The translations under genes were made by a program, and so were the position numbers. Source: a virus (taxonomy: Duplodnaviria > Caudoviricetes). From it: a DNA stretch of 64,000 nucleotides. Shown piece by piece: positions 20,413 through 29,925 of this stretch. The DNA lies in the IMG/VR virus record IMGVR_UViG_3300013383_000002, positions 57,437-121,436 of that record. The stretch is one strand, 5' to 3'. The notes under the pieces are model-generated. The model saw only the letters and a program-made list of their open reading frames with translations, did not search any database and was not told the origin of the DNA. Within the stretch, counting starts at the first letter, position 1. Every line of letters starts with the position of its first letter.

Positions 20413-20871
20413 TTGAATTTTTCTAGTATTGCCAGCGCGGTTGGCGGGTTCCTCGTTCTAGTTTATTTGGTATGGCAAGTTGTTGTAAAATTCTGCGGAG
20501 ATAAGGAATGGTTCAATAAGCGCCGTAGAGAGCGTCAAAAACAGAAGGAAGAAGAAGAAAAGAAACAGCTCAAAGAAACCATAAAAGAGGTTATTGAGCC
20601 AATACTTTCAGAGATCAAAGAGAGAGACAGTGAACAAGATAAAAAGCTGACTTGTCTCATTCATTCTTCCAATGATATGATGCGCGCGGAAATAGTAAAA
20701 ATTTATTATCGTTATCTTCCATATAAGAAAATGTTACAATATAGTCGTGAACTTTTGAATAAGCTATTCCATGACTATCATGACCAAGGTGGTAATAGTT
20801 TCATTGAAGATATGTATAATGAAATGAAAACTTGGCCCGTAGTCAATACAGAGAAGGATTTACGAGGATAA
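20413..20871 (+). CDS. single-pass membrane protein, lysis-associated family suspected
   Basis: N-terminal TM segment, coiled coil, C-terminal YHDQGGNSF. Confidence 0.55.
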   Translation: MNFSSIASAVGGFLVLVYLVWQVVVKFCGDKEWFNKRRRERQKQKEEEEKKQLKETIKEVIEPILSEIKERDSEQDKKLTCLIHSSNDMMRAEIVKIYYRYLPYKKMLQYSRELLNKLFHDYHDQGGNSFIEDMYNEMKTWPVVNTEKDLRG

Positions 20872-20874
20872 ACA

Positions 20875-20906
20875 GAAAAGGACACATCGAAAGACGTGTC
20901 CTTTTC
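20875..20906. terminator. bidirectional intrinsic terminator
   Basis: GAAAAGGACAC...GTGTCCTTTTC between convergent genes. Confidence 0.75.
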
Positions 20907-20909
20907 TAT

Positions 20910-21194
20910 TTACTTACCTTTTACGCGCTCGATAATTTCAGCTACCGCACTGGAACCGGACATTAGAACTAGGCCAGTTATAATTTTGCCAGCAATAGTC
21001 GTCGCTTCAACAAGACCACACGCGAGAATAAGGTCAAGATTGAAAGAGAAGACAAGAGCAAAAGCAAATATTGCGGAAACACCAATAGTAATCCATTTGC
21101 TGAAAGAGAATTTGCCCCAAATTTCGTCTTTTCCTCTTTGAATCAAATACCACATAACACTAGAAAGCGCAATAATAAGTGTTAAAACATTCAT
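20910..21194 (-). CDS. holin-like membrane protein
   Basis: three hydrophobic segments and a basic C-terminus. Confidence 0.55.
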   Translation of the reverse strand: MNVLTLIIALSSVMWYLIQRGKDEIWGKFSFSKWITIGVSAIFAFALVFSFNLDLILACGLVEATTIAGKIITGLVLMSGSSAVAEIIERVKGK

Positions 21195-21195
21195 T

Positions 21196-21830
21196 TTATT
21201 TTCCTCCATTTTTCCAAGTATATCCACCAGCCGTTAGACGTTTTCCACGGCAGACTTCGCTAATATGATTATACCAAATCCCAGTAGCTAATTGTGCGTC
21301 TTTATATGAAGTATATGAAGCTATAAAATTTCCTTGTAAGTCATACTGCTCTACAATATGCTTTTGTTTTGCAGTGCGAATAGCATAGCCTCTTTTCTTA
21401 ATATCTTCTTCTGAAAGTTTTAATTCTTGTTTTATATAAAAAGAAATTGTTTCTATAGTTGAATTGGTTAATTTTCGAATATCTCTAATACAATATCCGT
21501 TTTGATATAAATCAATTATAGTTGAAATTTCTTTTTGGGTTAGGAAGCGAGTTCCTTCGCCGCCTCTAGTTGAATTATAACCTTCTTCATAAGAATTATA
21601 AAAATCAATCCAATAAATTTCTCGTTCATTGATAATATCATTAGAACATTCTTCAATTGATTCAATAGAAAATTTTTTACTCCATATTTTCTAAAGGCCC
21701 GATAGATTTTGAAATCTTTATCTTCAATACTAGTAAGATGTTCTTTCCATCGTTCTTCAATAGTTCTGGTTGTTTTTCCAATGTAAACTTTATCATTTAT
21801 AGTATTTGTAATTTTATAAATAAATCCCAT
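21196..21830 (-). pseudogene. GIY-YIG endonuclease with NUMOD-type tail, frameshifted near 21670
   Basis: GFIYKITN...YIGKT; adding one T restores NFSIESIEEC...REIYWI...GYNSTRGG...VEQYDLQG...AGGYTW. Confidence 0.75.
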
Positions 21831-22016
21831 AAGTCCTCCACCTTATAATAAATGATGACGCTTATCCTGGAGGGGATATTGCTCCATAAGTAGCTAATTT
21901 ATGGCTCCCGTCATATTTCTAAAGAAAAGAGGTCTCACATATTCCATAATCTATAAATTTGAAACTTCCTGAAATTTCTGATATAATATTTATAGAAAAT
22001 GAAGGAGGCAGAAAGA

Positions 22017-22307
22017 ATGGCTCGTGTAACACAAGAGGATATAATTCATATCAATGATGTTTATTATAAGTGTCGAACTTATGCAGAAACTGCGCGGCAG
22101 ACTGGTTTTTCTGCCTCTACAGTAAAGAAGTATGTTATTTCAGGTTATGAGCCAGCAGAGACAGTCAAAGTAGAAAAATTTGATAGACCTTTGCCTAAGT
22201 TTGACCCAATGATTTTTGTTCAAAAAGAGGATTGGGCTTCATTCTGTGAATATACGGTAGAAGAGGCCGCGCGCATTGAAGAGCTTTGGAAGGAGATGGC
22301 GTTATAA
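22017..22307 (+). CDS. HTH-containing hypothetical protein
   Basis: TYAETARQTGFSASTVKKYV; sigmaA promoter upstream. Confidence 0.6.
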   Translation: MARVTQEDIIHINDVYYKCRTYAETARQTGFSASTVKKYVISGYEPAETVKVEKFDRPLPKFDPMIFVQKEDWASFCEYTVEEAARIEELWKEMAL

Positions 22308-22678
22308 TGGAGAAGTATTTTTATCTTGAGGAAAGTCCCTATCTTCCTACTTACTGTATGCTTTATACCAATATTGAGAAGATGCCTTTTCCAAATGGAA
22401 TTAGAGGCTCTTATTCAATGATGGCTGCGCGGGTTCTTGGATTAGATTATGCAGACTTCTTGAGGTTCGCGCGTGACGTCCTCGAAGCAAAGATTATGGG
22501 CAAAGGTGAATGCTATCCTCGCGCATATTTTAGAAAAACTCCTGAAGTCCTTCAGATGATAAAGCTATTGAATAAGCGAATGGAATTGATTATGGATATG
22601 CGCGCGAAGCCATATAATTTAGAAAAAAGAATTGATGGGTCAATCATAAAGGAGAATTTTGATGTATCTAACAGCTGA
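22307..22678 (+). CDS. hypothetical protein
   Basis: coupled ORF. Confidence 0.6.
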   Translation: MEKYFYLEESPYLPTYCMLYTNIEKMPFPNGIRGSYSMMAARVLGLDYADFLRFARDVLEAKIMGKGECYPRAYFRKTPEVLQMIKLLNKRMELIMDMRAKPYNLEKRIDGSIIKENFDVSNS

Positions 22679-23570
22679 GTTGCTACGGAAATGTGGCGCA
22701 GAGAAAATTCAAGAATTTGTTGGAAGATTTCCAAATGGTGTTGAAGCGCTAGACTTTCTTGAAGAAATTGGCCCTGAAGCAATTGCTGGTAACTATAGTC
22801 CATGGCTTGAGGCATTATACTGGGGTTACCGAATGCTGCCCTGGACCACCAAAGAAAAAGAGAAATACTGTGAAGTTTTGAATATTGATAGTTCTTCTAG
22901 CGTCTATGAAAGTTATGATGTAGAAGAAAGTGAAAAAGTTATTCATTCTGATCACATTTATCTGAGCGGAAACATTGACAACTGTAGTAATATTAGAAAT
23001 AGTAATTACGTTGCTTCTAGTGCTACAGTTGAAGGAAGTGACGGCGTCCTAAAGTCAGAATATATTGTGAATAGTAGTCTAATTGATACTGGAATGGACA
23101 TTCAAAGTTCAAAAGAAATTTATAAAGCATCGCATGTGAAGAAAAGTCAGAAGTGCGCGCGAGTTGATAGTATTGAGAATTGCGTCGGAATTTTCAGTTC
23201 TTCTGGATGTGAAGAAGTCTATTACTCTTCTTTTATGAAGAATTGTCATCATTGCCTTTTCTGTGATGATATTGAGGATGCTTCTTTTAGAATCTTCAAC
23301 CAACCAGTGCCTGAGAAGGATTTCTTCGTAATTCTTTCGATGGTTGAAAGCTATTTTGATAACAAGCTTGAACCTTTGATTGAAACCATAGTAAATGACG
23401 AATTTTATTTTGGCCTTGATTGGCATGTTTCGACGCACTTTACAAAGATTTATAGGAGCCTGTCGCAGGAGGTCTTCAATCAACTTTATAGACTACCTGG
23501 TTATAATGACTGGCTGATGTATCAGATTACATTGAATACTCGAAGTTTTCGAGATTTGAAAAATAGCTAA
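22659..23570 (+). CDS. hypothetical protein with Ser/Cys-rich hexapeptide repeats (beta-solenoid-like)
   Basis: repeats such as NCSNIRNSNYV, SKEIYKASHV, NCHHCLFC. Confidence 0.6.
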   Translation: MMYLTAELLRKCGAEKIQEFVGRFPNGVEALDFLEEIGPEAIAGNYSPWLEALYWGYRMLPWTTKEKEKYCEVLNIDSSSSVYESYDVEESEKVIHSDHIYLSGNIDNCSNIRNSNYVASSATVEGSDGVLKSEYIVNSSLIDTGMDIQSSKEIYKASHVKKSQKCARVDSIENCVGIFSSSGCEEVYYSSFMKNCHHCLFCDDIEDASFRIFNQPVPEKDFFVILSMVESYFDNKLEPLIETIVNDEFYFGLDWHVSTHFTKIYRSLSQEVFNQLYRLPGYNDWLMYQITLNTRSFRDLKNS

Positions 23571-23924
23571 ATTTCGAGTATAATATTTATACAAAATGGT
23601 TGAGGAAAGGAAAAAGAAATGACTTATCATTGGAAGGCAGAAGTAGCAATTCTTGAAAATCGCATCCATCTTCTTGAACAGCGCGGAGATAATGCATCAA
23701 TTCTCGCAAAGCTCAAGCGAAGACTTAGAAAGCTATTATCTAGCTCTTATTGAGCTATTTGGCGCACGACGGAAACTTACCGTGAATGTCCGAAGTGGCC
23801 TCAGTTGGGAAGGCTTACCAGCTTTATAAAAACCGAGCAATCAAGACAAAGTGCTAGCCATACTTTGAGGAAGCAAATAGGTGGGCGGGAACCGGCTCTC
23901 CCGTGGCTAGAAACCGAGATAGAC

Positions 23925-23999
23925 GCAAGTATCGTATAATGGCTAGTATAGTAGCCCTCCAAGCTATGGGTGCGGGTTCGATTCCCGCTACTTGCTCCA
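23925..23999 (+). tRNA. tRNA-Gly (TCC), atypical C33
   Basis: acceptor GCAAGTA/TACTTGC, loop CCTCCAA, GGTTCGATTCC, encoded CCA. Confidence 0.8.
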
Positions 24000-24580
24000 G
24001 GCGATGAAGTGGTTCTGTCACCAGTAGGAACCATGGAGCCTCTTCCAAGGTTTTGCGGTTACGTTCATAAGAACGGGAAAAATCCGTCTGGTTCTATCGA
24101 AAAACCGTTAGGAAAAAAGGTTATGGCCGTCCCGATATTTCGAGGCGAGTGCGCACGAAGCCGTTACCTTTTAAGTGGGCCATTGCTTCGTCTCTCAACG
24201 AAGTGGGTTATGAAAATCCTAGCATTGGCTAGGTGGACTAGGCGCGAGACGTTTAGCCCAAGCGATGATACTATGTCACCGGGGCAATATCGGCGGTGTA
24301 GTGGAGCTTTTGTCGAGGGTTTGTAGATTTCCCACAGATTGCCTAGGGGCTACCTTGTAGGAGACTGCCGAAAGAAAATCTACTATTGATTATCCTGCGC
24401 GCCTCTGTTTTTCGCATAATAAGCGCCTCAGCAGGCTTTTGGAAAAAGTAAGGTCCTTCTTTTATAGGAATTTGACTGATAGTTTGGTCACTGGAGGTCT
24501 ATTCTGATTTTGGCTGAAATGCGAATAGTTCGCGCGGACTTCTTCGCTGACCACTTAGTGGTTCGCGCGAACGTTTATAT

Positions 24581-24674
24581 GCTCCCATAGTGTAATGGCA
24601 ACACACCCGGCTTATACCCGGCATTGGCTCCAGATTAGAGCACGTTCTTGGTTCGAGTCCAAGTGGGAGTACCA
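24581..24674 (+). tRNA. tRNA-Ile (TAT) with long variable arm
   Basis: GCTCCCA/TGGGAGT, loop CTTATAC, variable hairpin GCTC..GAGC, GGTTCGAGTCC, CCA. Confidence 0.8.
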
Positions 24675-24887
24675 TGGCGCCCAACCGCCAATAAGAGTTG
24701 GTTATAACCGTGTCTTACGCGCAAACTAGATACGGCTCCCACTGGGAGTAAGGTGATTGCGCGACGGTCCCGCTCCGTCAAAGTTAGCGTGAAGGGCGAC
24801 GGCAGTCCAGAATAGTGAAGCGAGGTTCGATTCCTCAAACTGAACTGGTTCGACTCCAGCAGTGCGTGGGCAAAACTATTCACGATA

Positions 24888-24958
24888 TCCTCTATTGGTG
24901 TAATGGTAGCACACTCCCCGTCAAGGGAGAAGAGCGGGTTCGAGACCGTGCGGAGGAC
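24888..24958 (+). tRNA. degenerate tRNA-Asp (GTC)
   Basis: D arm GGTGTAATGGTAGCAC and T loop present; 6-nt anticodon loop and imperfect acceptor stem. Confidence 0.5.
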
Positions 24959-25146
24959 GGCTTGACACAGTCGGAGTGTTATCTCTGGTATACAGATTAG
25001 CGTATACAAAGCAATCATCTTCAAAGGCTCTAGATTGTGAGGAGAAACAGCCCCTTGGGTTCTCCACTACATACATCCCCAGCGGTTGTTATGCTGAGAC
25101 CGATGGCGCGACGGTCGTTTATAATATCGCGCCACTTGTCTAAAAT

Positions 25147-25221
25147 GCGGGTGTAGTATAATGGTTATTATGTCTGCCTTCCAAGCAGAAGATGGGGCTT
25201 CGATTGCCTTCACTCGTTCCA
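25147..25221 (+). tRNA. tRNA-Gly (TCC)
   Basis: GCGGGTG/CACTCGT, TCTGC-CTTCCAA-GCAGA, CCA. Confidence 0.85.
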
Positions 25222-25305
25222 CCGCCCCATGGGAAGTTTGCCTCCAATAAGTCTCATGACCACTACTAGATTGCACTAGTTGACTGAATAAAGGTGGTTT
25301 TATAT

Positions 25306-25382
25306 GCACTTGTAGCTCAGTTGGTAGTAGCAATTGCCTTTTAAGCAATGGGTCGGGCATTCGAGTTGCCCCAAGTGCACCA
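25306..25382 (+). tRNA. tRNA-Lys (TTT)
   Basis: GCACTTG/CAAGTGC, ATTGC-CTTTTAA-GCAAT, CCA. Confidence 0.88.
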
Positions 25383-25768
25383 TTTTATTTGGAATCAATA
25401 GCTTGTCCACCTTTGGGCGGCCCGTAATAGCCGGACATTTGAAAATTTCTTCTCGTAAATGTTTGAAATTTTTCTGATTTTTTGATATAATATTTACAGA
25501 AAGTGAGGGAAACGAAAATGGAAACTGAAACTCCGAGGAAGCCCGAAGAAAAGAAAATGTCTCCCGAACAACTTGAGAAGTGGACGGCGCTCCGTAAGAA
25601 ATGTCAGGTCTTTCCTTCTCGGAAGCCTTATACCAGAAAAGTCAAGCACAAAAATCGTGAAAAAGAAAACTCTGAAACTTGAAAACCTCCTAAATTTTTG
25701 ATATAATATTTATACAGAATGAGAGAGGAACTGGTCTTTTCCTTTCTACCAGTTCCTCTCTCGCTAAA

Positions 25769-25900
25769 AGTCCTAATGTGGCTTACTTAAACCATCCGAT
25801 GTAGTTCAACTGGATAGAATACCGCATTGATAAAGCGGAGCTTCCGGCCTTCGGGTGGTTGGTAAGCAGTCCCAAGCCTGCGTAAACACAGAGGGAGACT
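25769..25900 (+). ncRNA. twister ribozyme (type P1) with large P3 insertion
   Basis: AGUCC-UAA-UGUG-GC-[P3]-GCAG-UCCCAAGC-CUGC-GUAAA-CACA-GAGGG-AGACU matches the twister core; predicted cut at 25774/25775. Confidence 0.8.
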
Positions 25901-26049
25901 AATAGCGACGTTATGGTTGCAAACATAGCGTTCAAAACTTCGAGACAGGCAAGTCTTCAGCAGTGGATGTCTGATGAAACAACGACGGCGAAGGAGTCGC
26001 GACCTTCGGAGGAGCCGAGATAAACCTACGGGTGGAACCGCCATCGGAG
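25795..26049 (+). ncRNA. tRNA-like RNA with ~180-nt expansion
   Basis: TCCGATG/CATCGGA stem, D arm GTTCAACTGGATAGAAT, anticodon-like arm CCGC..GAT..GCGG; no canonical T loop. Confidence 0.5.
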
Positions 26050-26269
26050 AAAAAGGAGTTTGTTAGTCACACCAGTTTCGTGGTTCTGGAACAAAACCGC
26101 CTGGCGCAACTCCTATGGCGCTATATAAGTAGAATAGGCGTAGTCTGACATGACGAGACGTTCAGAAGTTTCGATGCGTGGGCTTATCTATAAAACTCAT
26201 GCTGGGTCTTTGGGCCTTTTACCTCCTGTGTGAAACAAAAGGCTCAGACTTTTATAATTGGTGTATTGA

Positions 26270-26866
26270 ATGAAGAAATGGGAGAATTTTTCTAGAGAAG
26301 AAATTGAAAATTTTGTAAAAGAAAGTCGTAGCTATCGTGATTTGGCACTAAAATTAGGTTATGGCAGCGCGATTGCTATTATAAAGTCAATGACTCAAGA
26401 ACTAAATTTAGACACTTCTCATTTCACTGGTCAAGGTTGGAATAAGGATAATTTTGATTATTCAAGATTTCAATATGGAAAGAAAATTCGTGGAGCCACT
26501 ATGATTCAAGCATTGACAGCTTTGAAAGGTTGGAAATGTGAGAATTGTGGATTGACAGAATGGCAGGGACAGAAAGCACCTCTTGAAGTTCATCACATAG
26601 ATGGCGATGAACTGAATTCTGTTTTAGAAAATCTTCAAGTCCTTTGTCCTAATTGCCATGCTTTGACTGATAATTATAAAGGGAGAAATCAAAAGAAGCA
26701 AGGCGGTTTGAAAGTGTCCGAAGAAGTTCTAGTAGAAGCTTTACGCGAAGCTCCAAATATTCGTCAGGCGCTACTTCGAGTAGGACTAACAGCAAAAGGC
26801 GCCAATTATATTAGAGCAAATGAACTTATTATAAAATATCAAATAGAAAAGCATCTGAAAAAGTGA
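26270..26866 (+). CDS. HNH endonuclease in tRNA cluster
   Basis: CENC...LEVHHIDGD..N...NLQVLCPNCH. Confidence 0.9.
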   Translation: MKKWENFSREEIENFVKESRSYRDLALKLGYGSAIAIIKSMTQELNLDTSHFTGQGWNKDNFDYSRFQYGKKIRGATMIQALTALKGWKCENCGLTEWQGQKAPLEVHHIDGDELNSVLENLQVLCPNCHALTDNYKGRNQKKQGGLKVSEEVLVEALREAPNIRQALLRVGLTAKGANYIRANELIIKYQIEKHLKK

Positions 26867-26869
26867 TAT

Positions 26870-26954
26870 CTGCGCGTGGTGGAAATGGCATACACATCTG
26901 GTTCAAGCCCAGATGCCTTAGGGATTAAGAGTTCGACTCTCTTCGCGCAGACCA
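26870..26954 (+). tRNA. tRNA-Leu (CAA)
   Basis: CTGCGCG/CGCGCAG, TCTGG-TTCAAGC-CCAGA, variable arm, CCA. Confidence 0.85.
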
Positions 26955-27034
26955 ACCAGTATTATTGCTGGTGGGAATGCTACCAAAAGTGCATCCTTGG
27001 TCATGGGAGGTTGTAGGATAAATGACCTAATATT

Positions 27035-27103
27035 GCGCTGGTCGTCTAAAGGTAGGACATCGGACTCATTATCCGAAGACAACGTTCGATTCGTTCGGGC
27101 GCA
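27035..27103 (+). tRNA. tRNA with CAT anticodon (Met or Ile2), no encoded CCA
   Basis: TCGGA-CTCATTA-TCCGA, D arm GTCT..GGAC, AACG-TTCGATT-CGTT; one acceptor mismatch. Confidence 0.7.
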
Positions 27104-27104
27104 A

Positions 27105-27162
27105 GACATCTAAAAGAGAATACCTCCACGTGGTAGATGTCGGGTAACGCTAAATTCTCTTT
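27105..27162 (+). ncRNA. HDV-like (theta) ribozyme at tRNA 3' end
   Basis: P1 GACATCT/AGATGTC, P2 AAAGAGAAT/ATTCTCTTT, P3 ACC/GGT with loop TCCACGT, J4/2 GCTAA. Confidence 0.85.
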
Positions 27163-27765
27163 GTACCTTGAAAATAAAATACTTTAGAACTCGATGATAA
27201 ACACTCCGCGACTAGGAGTGTCGAGGCGTCTTGGAAAGAGGATGGCAGACAACGAGCAAGGATACTTGCAGATACTGACCAGTGCGCGCGACGTGAGTTG
27301 CGTGCCATAGAGGATGAACTCCCAATCCCACGAGACGGCATTGGGGTCAACGCAAGTAAAGGTAGGACGCGCGTCGCTAACGTAATAGAGGCTCTCAAGA
27401 TAATTGAGGCTGAATCCTAATCTCCCTTAGCTGGTGACTGTGGGCGGAGCAATTTGGTTAGGAAATAACCACAAGTTAGTTTGCTGTGAAGCGAAGAAAT
27501 TCGTGTATAAGACGTGTATGAGAACTCTGAGTAGCCAAAGGCAAGCTCGTATATTATTTTTACAGCTATTATTATTGGAAAATGCTGAATGGTTGGTGAA
27601 AGGTTCTGGTAATCAATCCAGAAAAGACTATGCGCACGAAAGTGCGGCTATGAGAAGTATGCGCGGGACGCTGTGTATGCTCAGCCTCATGGTGCTTTTG
27701 ACTGAATATGCTTGAAGTTGATTTCGGTAGGTTGAAGAACCCAAAGTATTTTATTTTCAGGGTAT
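27163..27765 (+). ncRNA. large structured RNA, ROOL-like
   Basis: ~600 nt without a credible ORF, closed by a 23-bp terminal stem GTACCTTGAAAATAAAATACTTT/AAAGTATTTTATTTTCAGGGTAT, many internal hairpins; family call rests on size and tRNA-cluster context. Confidence 0.7.
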
Positions 27766-27823
27766 AAGCCCTTTCGACGGACAGGAACGTTGGAAATTTT
27801 GAAATGATAGGAGAGGAACTATT

Positions 27824-28114
27824 ATGGCAAGATTTTATAGTGATATTACAAACAAGCTTTATGACACCATGGCTGACCTAGAAGGAGCTGAAAAGTCTTT
27901 TATCGAGGCTAAGGAAGAGAAGAAGAGAAAGGAGCAGCAGAAGGCTGACGAGCGTAAGGCTCGCGCGCAGGAAGTTGAGGAGCTTCGTAAGGCATATATT
28001 GATGCCCGAAAGAATTACACTGATGCCCTTCAGCATTTTTGTGATGATTATGGAACTTTCCACACTTCCGTTTCTTCTGATAATCTTTTTGATTTTCTTT
28101 GGAGCTGGATGTAA
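27824..28114 (+). CDS. hypothetical coiled-coil protein
   Basis: RBS upstream, hairpin terminator downstream. Confidence 0.7.
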   Translation: MARFYSDITNKLYDTMADLEGAEKSFIEAKEEKKRKEQQKADERKARAQEVEELRKAYIDARKNYTDALQHFCDDYGTFHTSVSSDNLFDFLWSWM

Positions 28115-28172
28115 GATTGAATGGCGCCCTTAGATGGGCGCTTTTCTTTTATAAAGAAAGAGAGGAAATATT

Positions 28173-28373
28173 ATGACACTTTATTTTGACAATGGATTTG
28201 AGCCAAGACGCCCCCTGGGACATCCGAGCACTAAGCAAAACGCGTATCGTTTGATTTATGAATTTTTAGAGAAGAATAATTATAAGGCGCCGTATACAAG
28301 AGAGTGGACAAATGACATCAATGAAACTTGGATTGATGTTGGGAGCCATACCGAGTTTTTTATTTGGTGCTAA
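28173..28373 (+). CDS. hypothetical protein
   Basis: GAGG RBS; C-terminal IDVGSHTEFF. Confidence 0.6.
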   Translation: MTLYFDNGFEPRRPLGHPSTKQNAYRLIYEFLEKNNYKAPYTREWTNDINETWIDVGSHTEFFIWC

Positions 28374-28445
28374 ATTGATTGAGTTTTTATGGTACGTGAC
28401 CACTTAGAAACAGAAAGGAAATATATCCCAGAAAAGGAGAATAAA

Positions 28446-29084
28446 ATGAAAAGAAATGAAGACCTCGGACTACTTCCGCTAGTCCAAATTCCGGAAAGCG
28501 CGAATTATTCACTCCCCGATGATAATCTCCTGTCGTTCTACAATGATTTGGAAGAACGATTACTTTGGGTGACAGATGGAATTGATAGCTGCTCTTTGAA
28601 TATTATCCATTATATTTTGAAGTGGAATCGTGAAGATAAAGGAATTGAAGTTTCCGCGCGGAAGCCTATCAGACTTCTTATTTTTAGTCCCGGAGGCGAA
28701 TTAGATGTTTTTACTGCCATTGGCAACATTATTCGTCTTTCAAAAACTCCTGTCATTGGTATCAACATTTCTTGTGCTTATAGCGCCGCGGCGATGATAC
28801 TTCTAATGTGCCATAAGAGATACGCTTTGAGTAATGATGTTTCTGTTCTTTTCCATCAGGGAAGTTGTTCTGGTATTCAGGGAACTTATGACCAGATTGC
28901 TAACTTTATGAAGGAATATGATGAGCAGGTTGCTCGTCTTTCTCAGGTTATTCTTGATAGAACTTCGTTTACAAAAGAAGAAGTAGATGAAAAGATGAAA
29001 AGTGACTGGTATGTGTCCGCGCGCGAAGGAGTCGAGCGTGGTGTATATGATGGTATCATTTCTTCTATTGATGAACTAATCTGA
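28446..29084 (+). CDS. clpP: ClpP-like serine protease
   Basis: PIRLLIFSPGG, AYSAAA (Ser), LFHQ (His), DWYVSAREG..G..DGI. Confidence 0.82.
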   Translation: MKRNEDLGLLPLVQIPESANYSLPDDNLLSFYNDLEERLLWVTDGIDSCSLNIIHYILKWNREDKGIEVSARKPIRLLIFSPGGELDVFTAIGNIIRLSKTPVIGINISCAYSAAAMILLMCHKRYALSNDVSVLFHQGSCSGIQGTYDQIANFMKEYDEQVARLSQVILDRTSFTKEEVDEKMKSDWYVSAREGVERGVYDGIISSIDELI

Positions 29085-29094
29085 GGAGGTCTAA

Positions 29095-29925
29095 ATGGAC
29101 TATACAGGAATTAGAGAAGTTTCGCTTAGTCAAGAAGAGTTAGCGCAATTTTATCAAGGGGAGTATCCAATTCCCAACTTATTGGAGAACCAATACGTTT
29201 TTCTTCGTGGTGAAACGGGGGAAGTTGTGGATAAGCTCTTCTGGCGCGCAGGAAAACTTGAAAGAGTTCCTTATACTGTTTTTTCTTCTGATTTTATGGG
29301 AAAAATAAAGCCACGCAATCCAGAACAAGAGTGCGCCTTTCACCTTTTACACAGTCAAAACATTAGAGTAAAGTTGATTACTGGCCGATTTGGTTCTGGC
29401 AAATCCATGAGTATGATTGCGCAAGCTGTTGAAGCATTAGATAAGGGTGTAGTTGATAAAATAGTCTATGTTCGCAACAATATTGCTGTGCGCGACACCA
29501 CTGAGCTAGGGGCACTTCCTGGATCAGAAATAGACAAATTATTACCATATTTGATGCAGTTCGCAGACCACGTCGGCGGCAAAGAAGCTCTTATAAGAAT
29601 GATTTCTGAGGAGAAATTAGAACCAATTCATCTAGGATATTTGCGCGGACGAGACATCAGAAATTCGATTATTTATGTTACAGAAGCACAAAATCTAACA
29701 GTAGACCATATCAAATTACTCCTTGGGCGAGTTGGAGAAGGGTCTTATCTTTATCTTGATGGAGATTTTCACGCGCAAATTGACCGTTCTGTTTTTGAAC
29801 GTTCTCCCGGCCTGAAGAGACTAATCGAGGTTTTAGCGGGTAATAAACTGTTTGGTTATGTAAATCTAGTAAAGTCAGAGCGTTCTGAGGTTTCTGCCTT
29901 GGCTGATTTACTAGATGAGAATTGA
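29095..29925 (+). CDS. phoH: PhoH family ATPase
   Basis: PRNPEQ, GRFGSGKS, LGALPG, YLRGRDI, EAQN, GRVGEGS, ERS. Confidence 0.9.
   Translation: MDYTGIREVSLSQEELAQFYQGEYPIPNLLENQYVFLRGETGEVVDKLFWRAGKLERVPYTVFSSDFMGKIKPRNPEQECAFHLLHSQNIRVKLITGRFGSGKSMSMIAQAVEALDKGVVDKIVYVRNNIAVRDTTELGALPGSEIDKLLPYLMQFADHVGGKEALIRMISEEKLEPIHLGYLRGRDIRNSIIYVTEAQNLTVDHIKLLLGRVGEGSYLYLDGDFHAQIDRSVFERSPGLKRLIEVLAGNKLFGYVNLVKSERSEVSALADLLDEN

Noticed and set aside
25965-26000. Hammerhead ribozyme at CTGATGA
   Set aside because: No stem II followed by GAAA and no matching stems I and III.
25795-26049. tmRNA
   Set aside because: No GGGG 5' end, no G3.U70 pair, has a D stem and anticodon-like arm, no tag ORF recognised.
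23801-27715. Short ORFs across the tRNA/ncRNA cluster
   Set aside because: They overlap RNA genes and lack RBS; only the HNH gene is credible among those listed.
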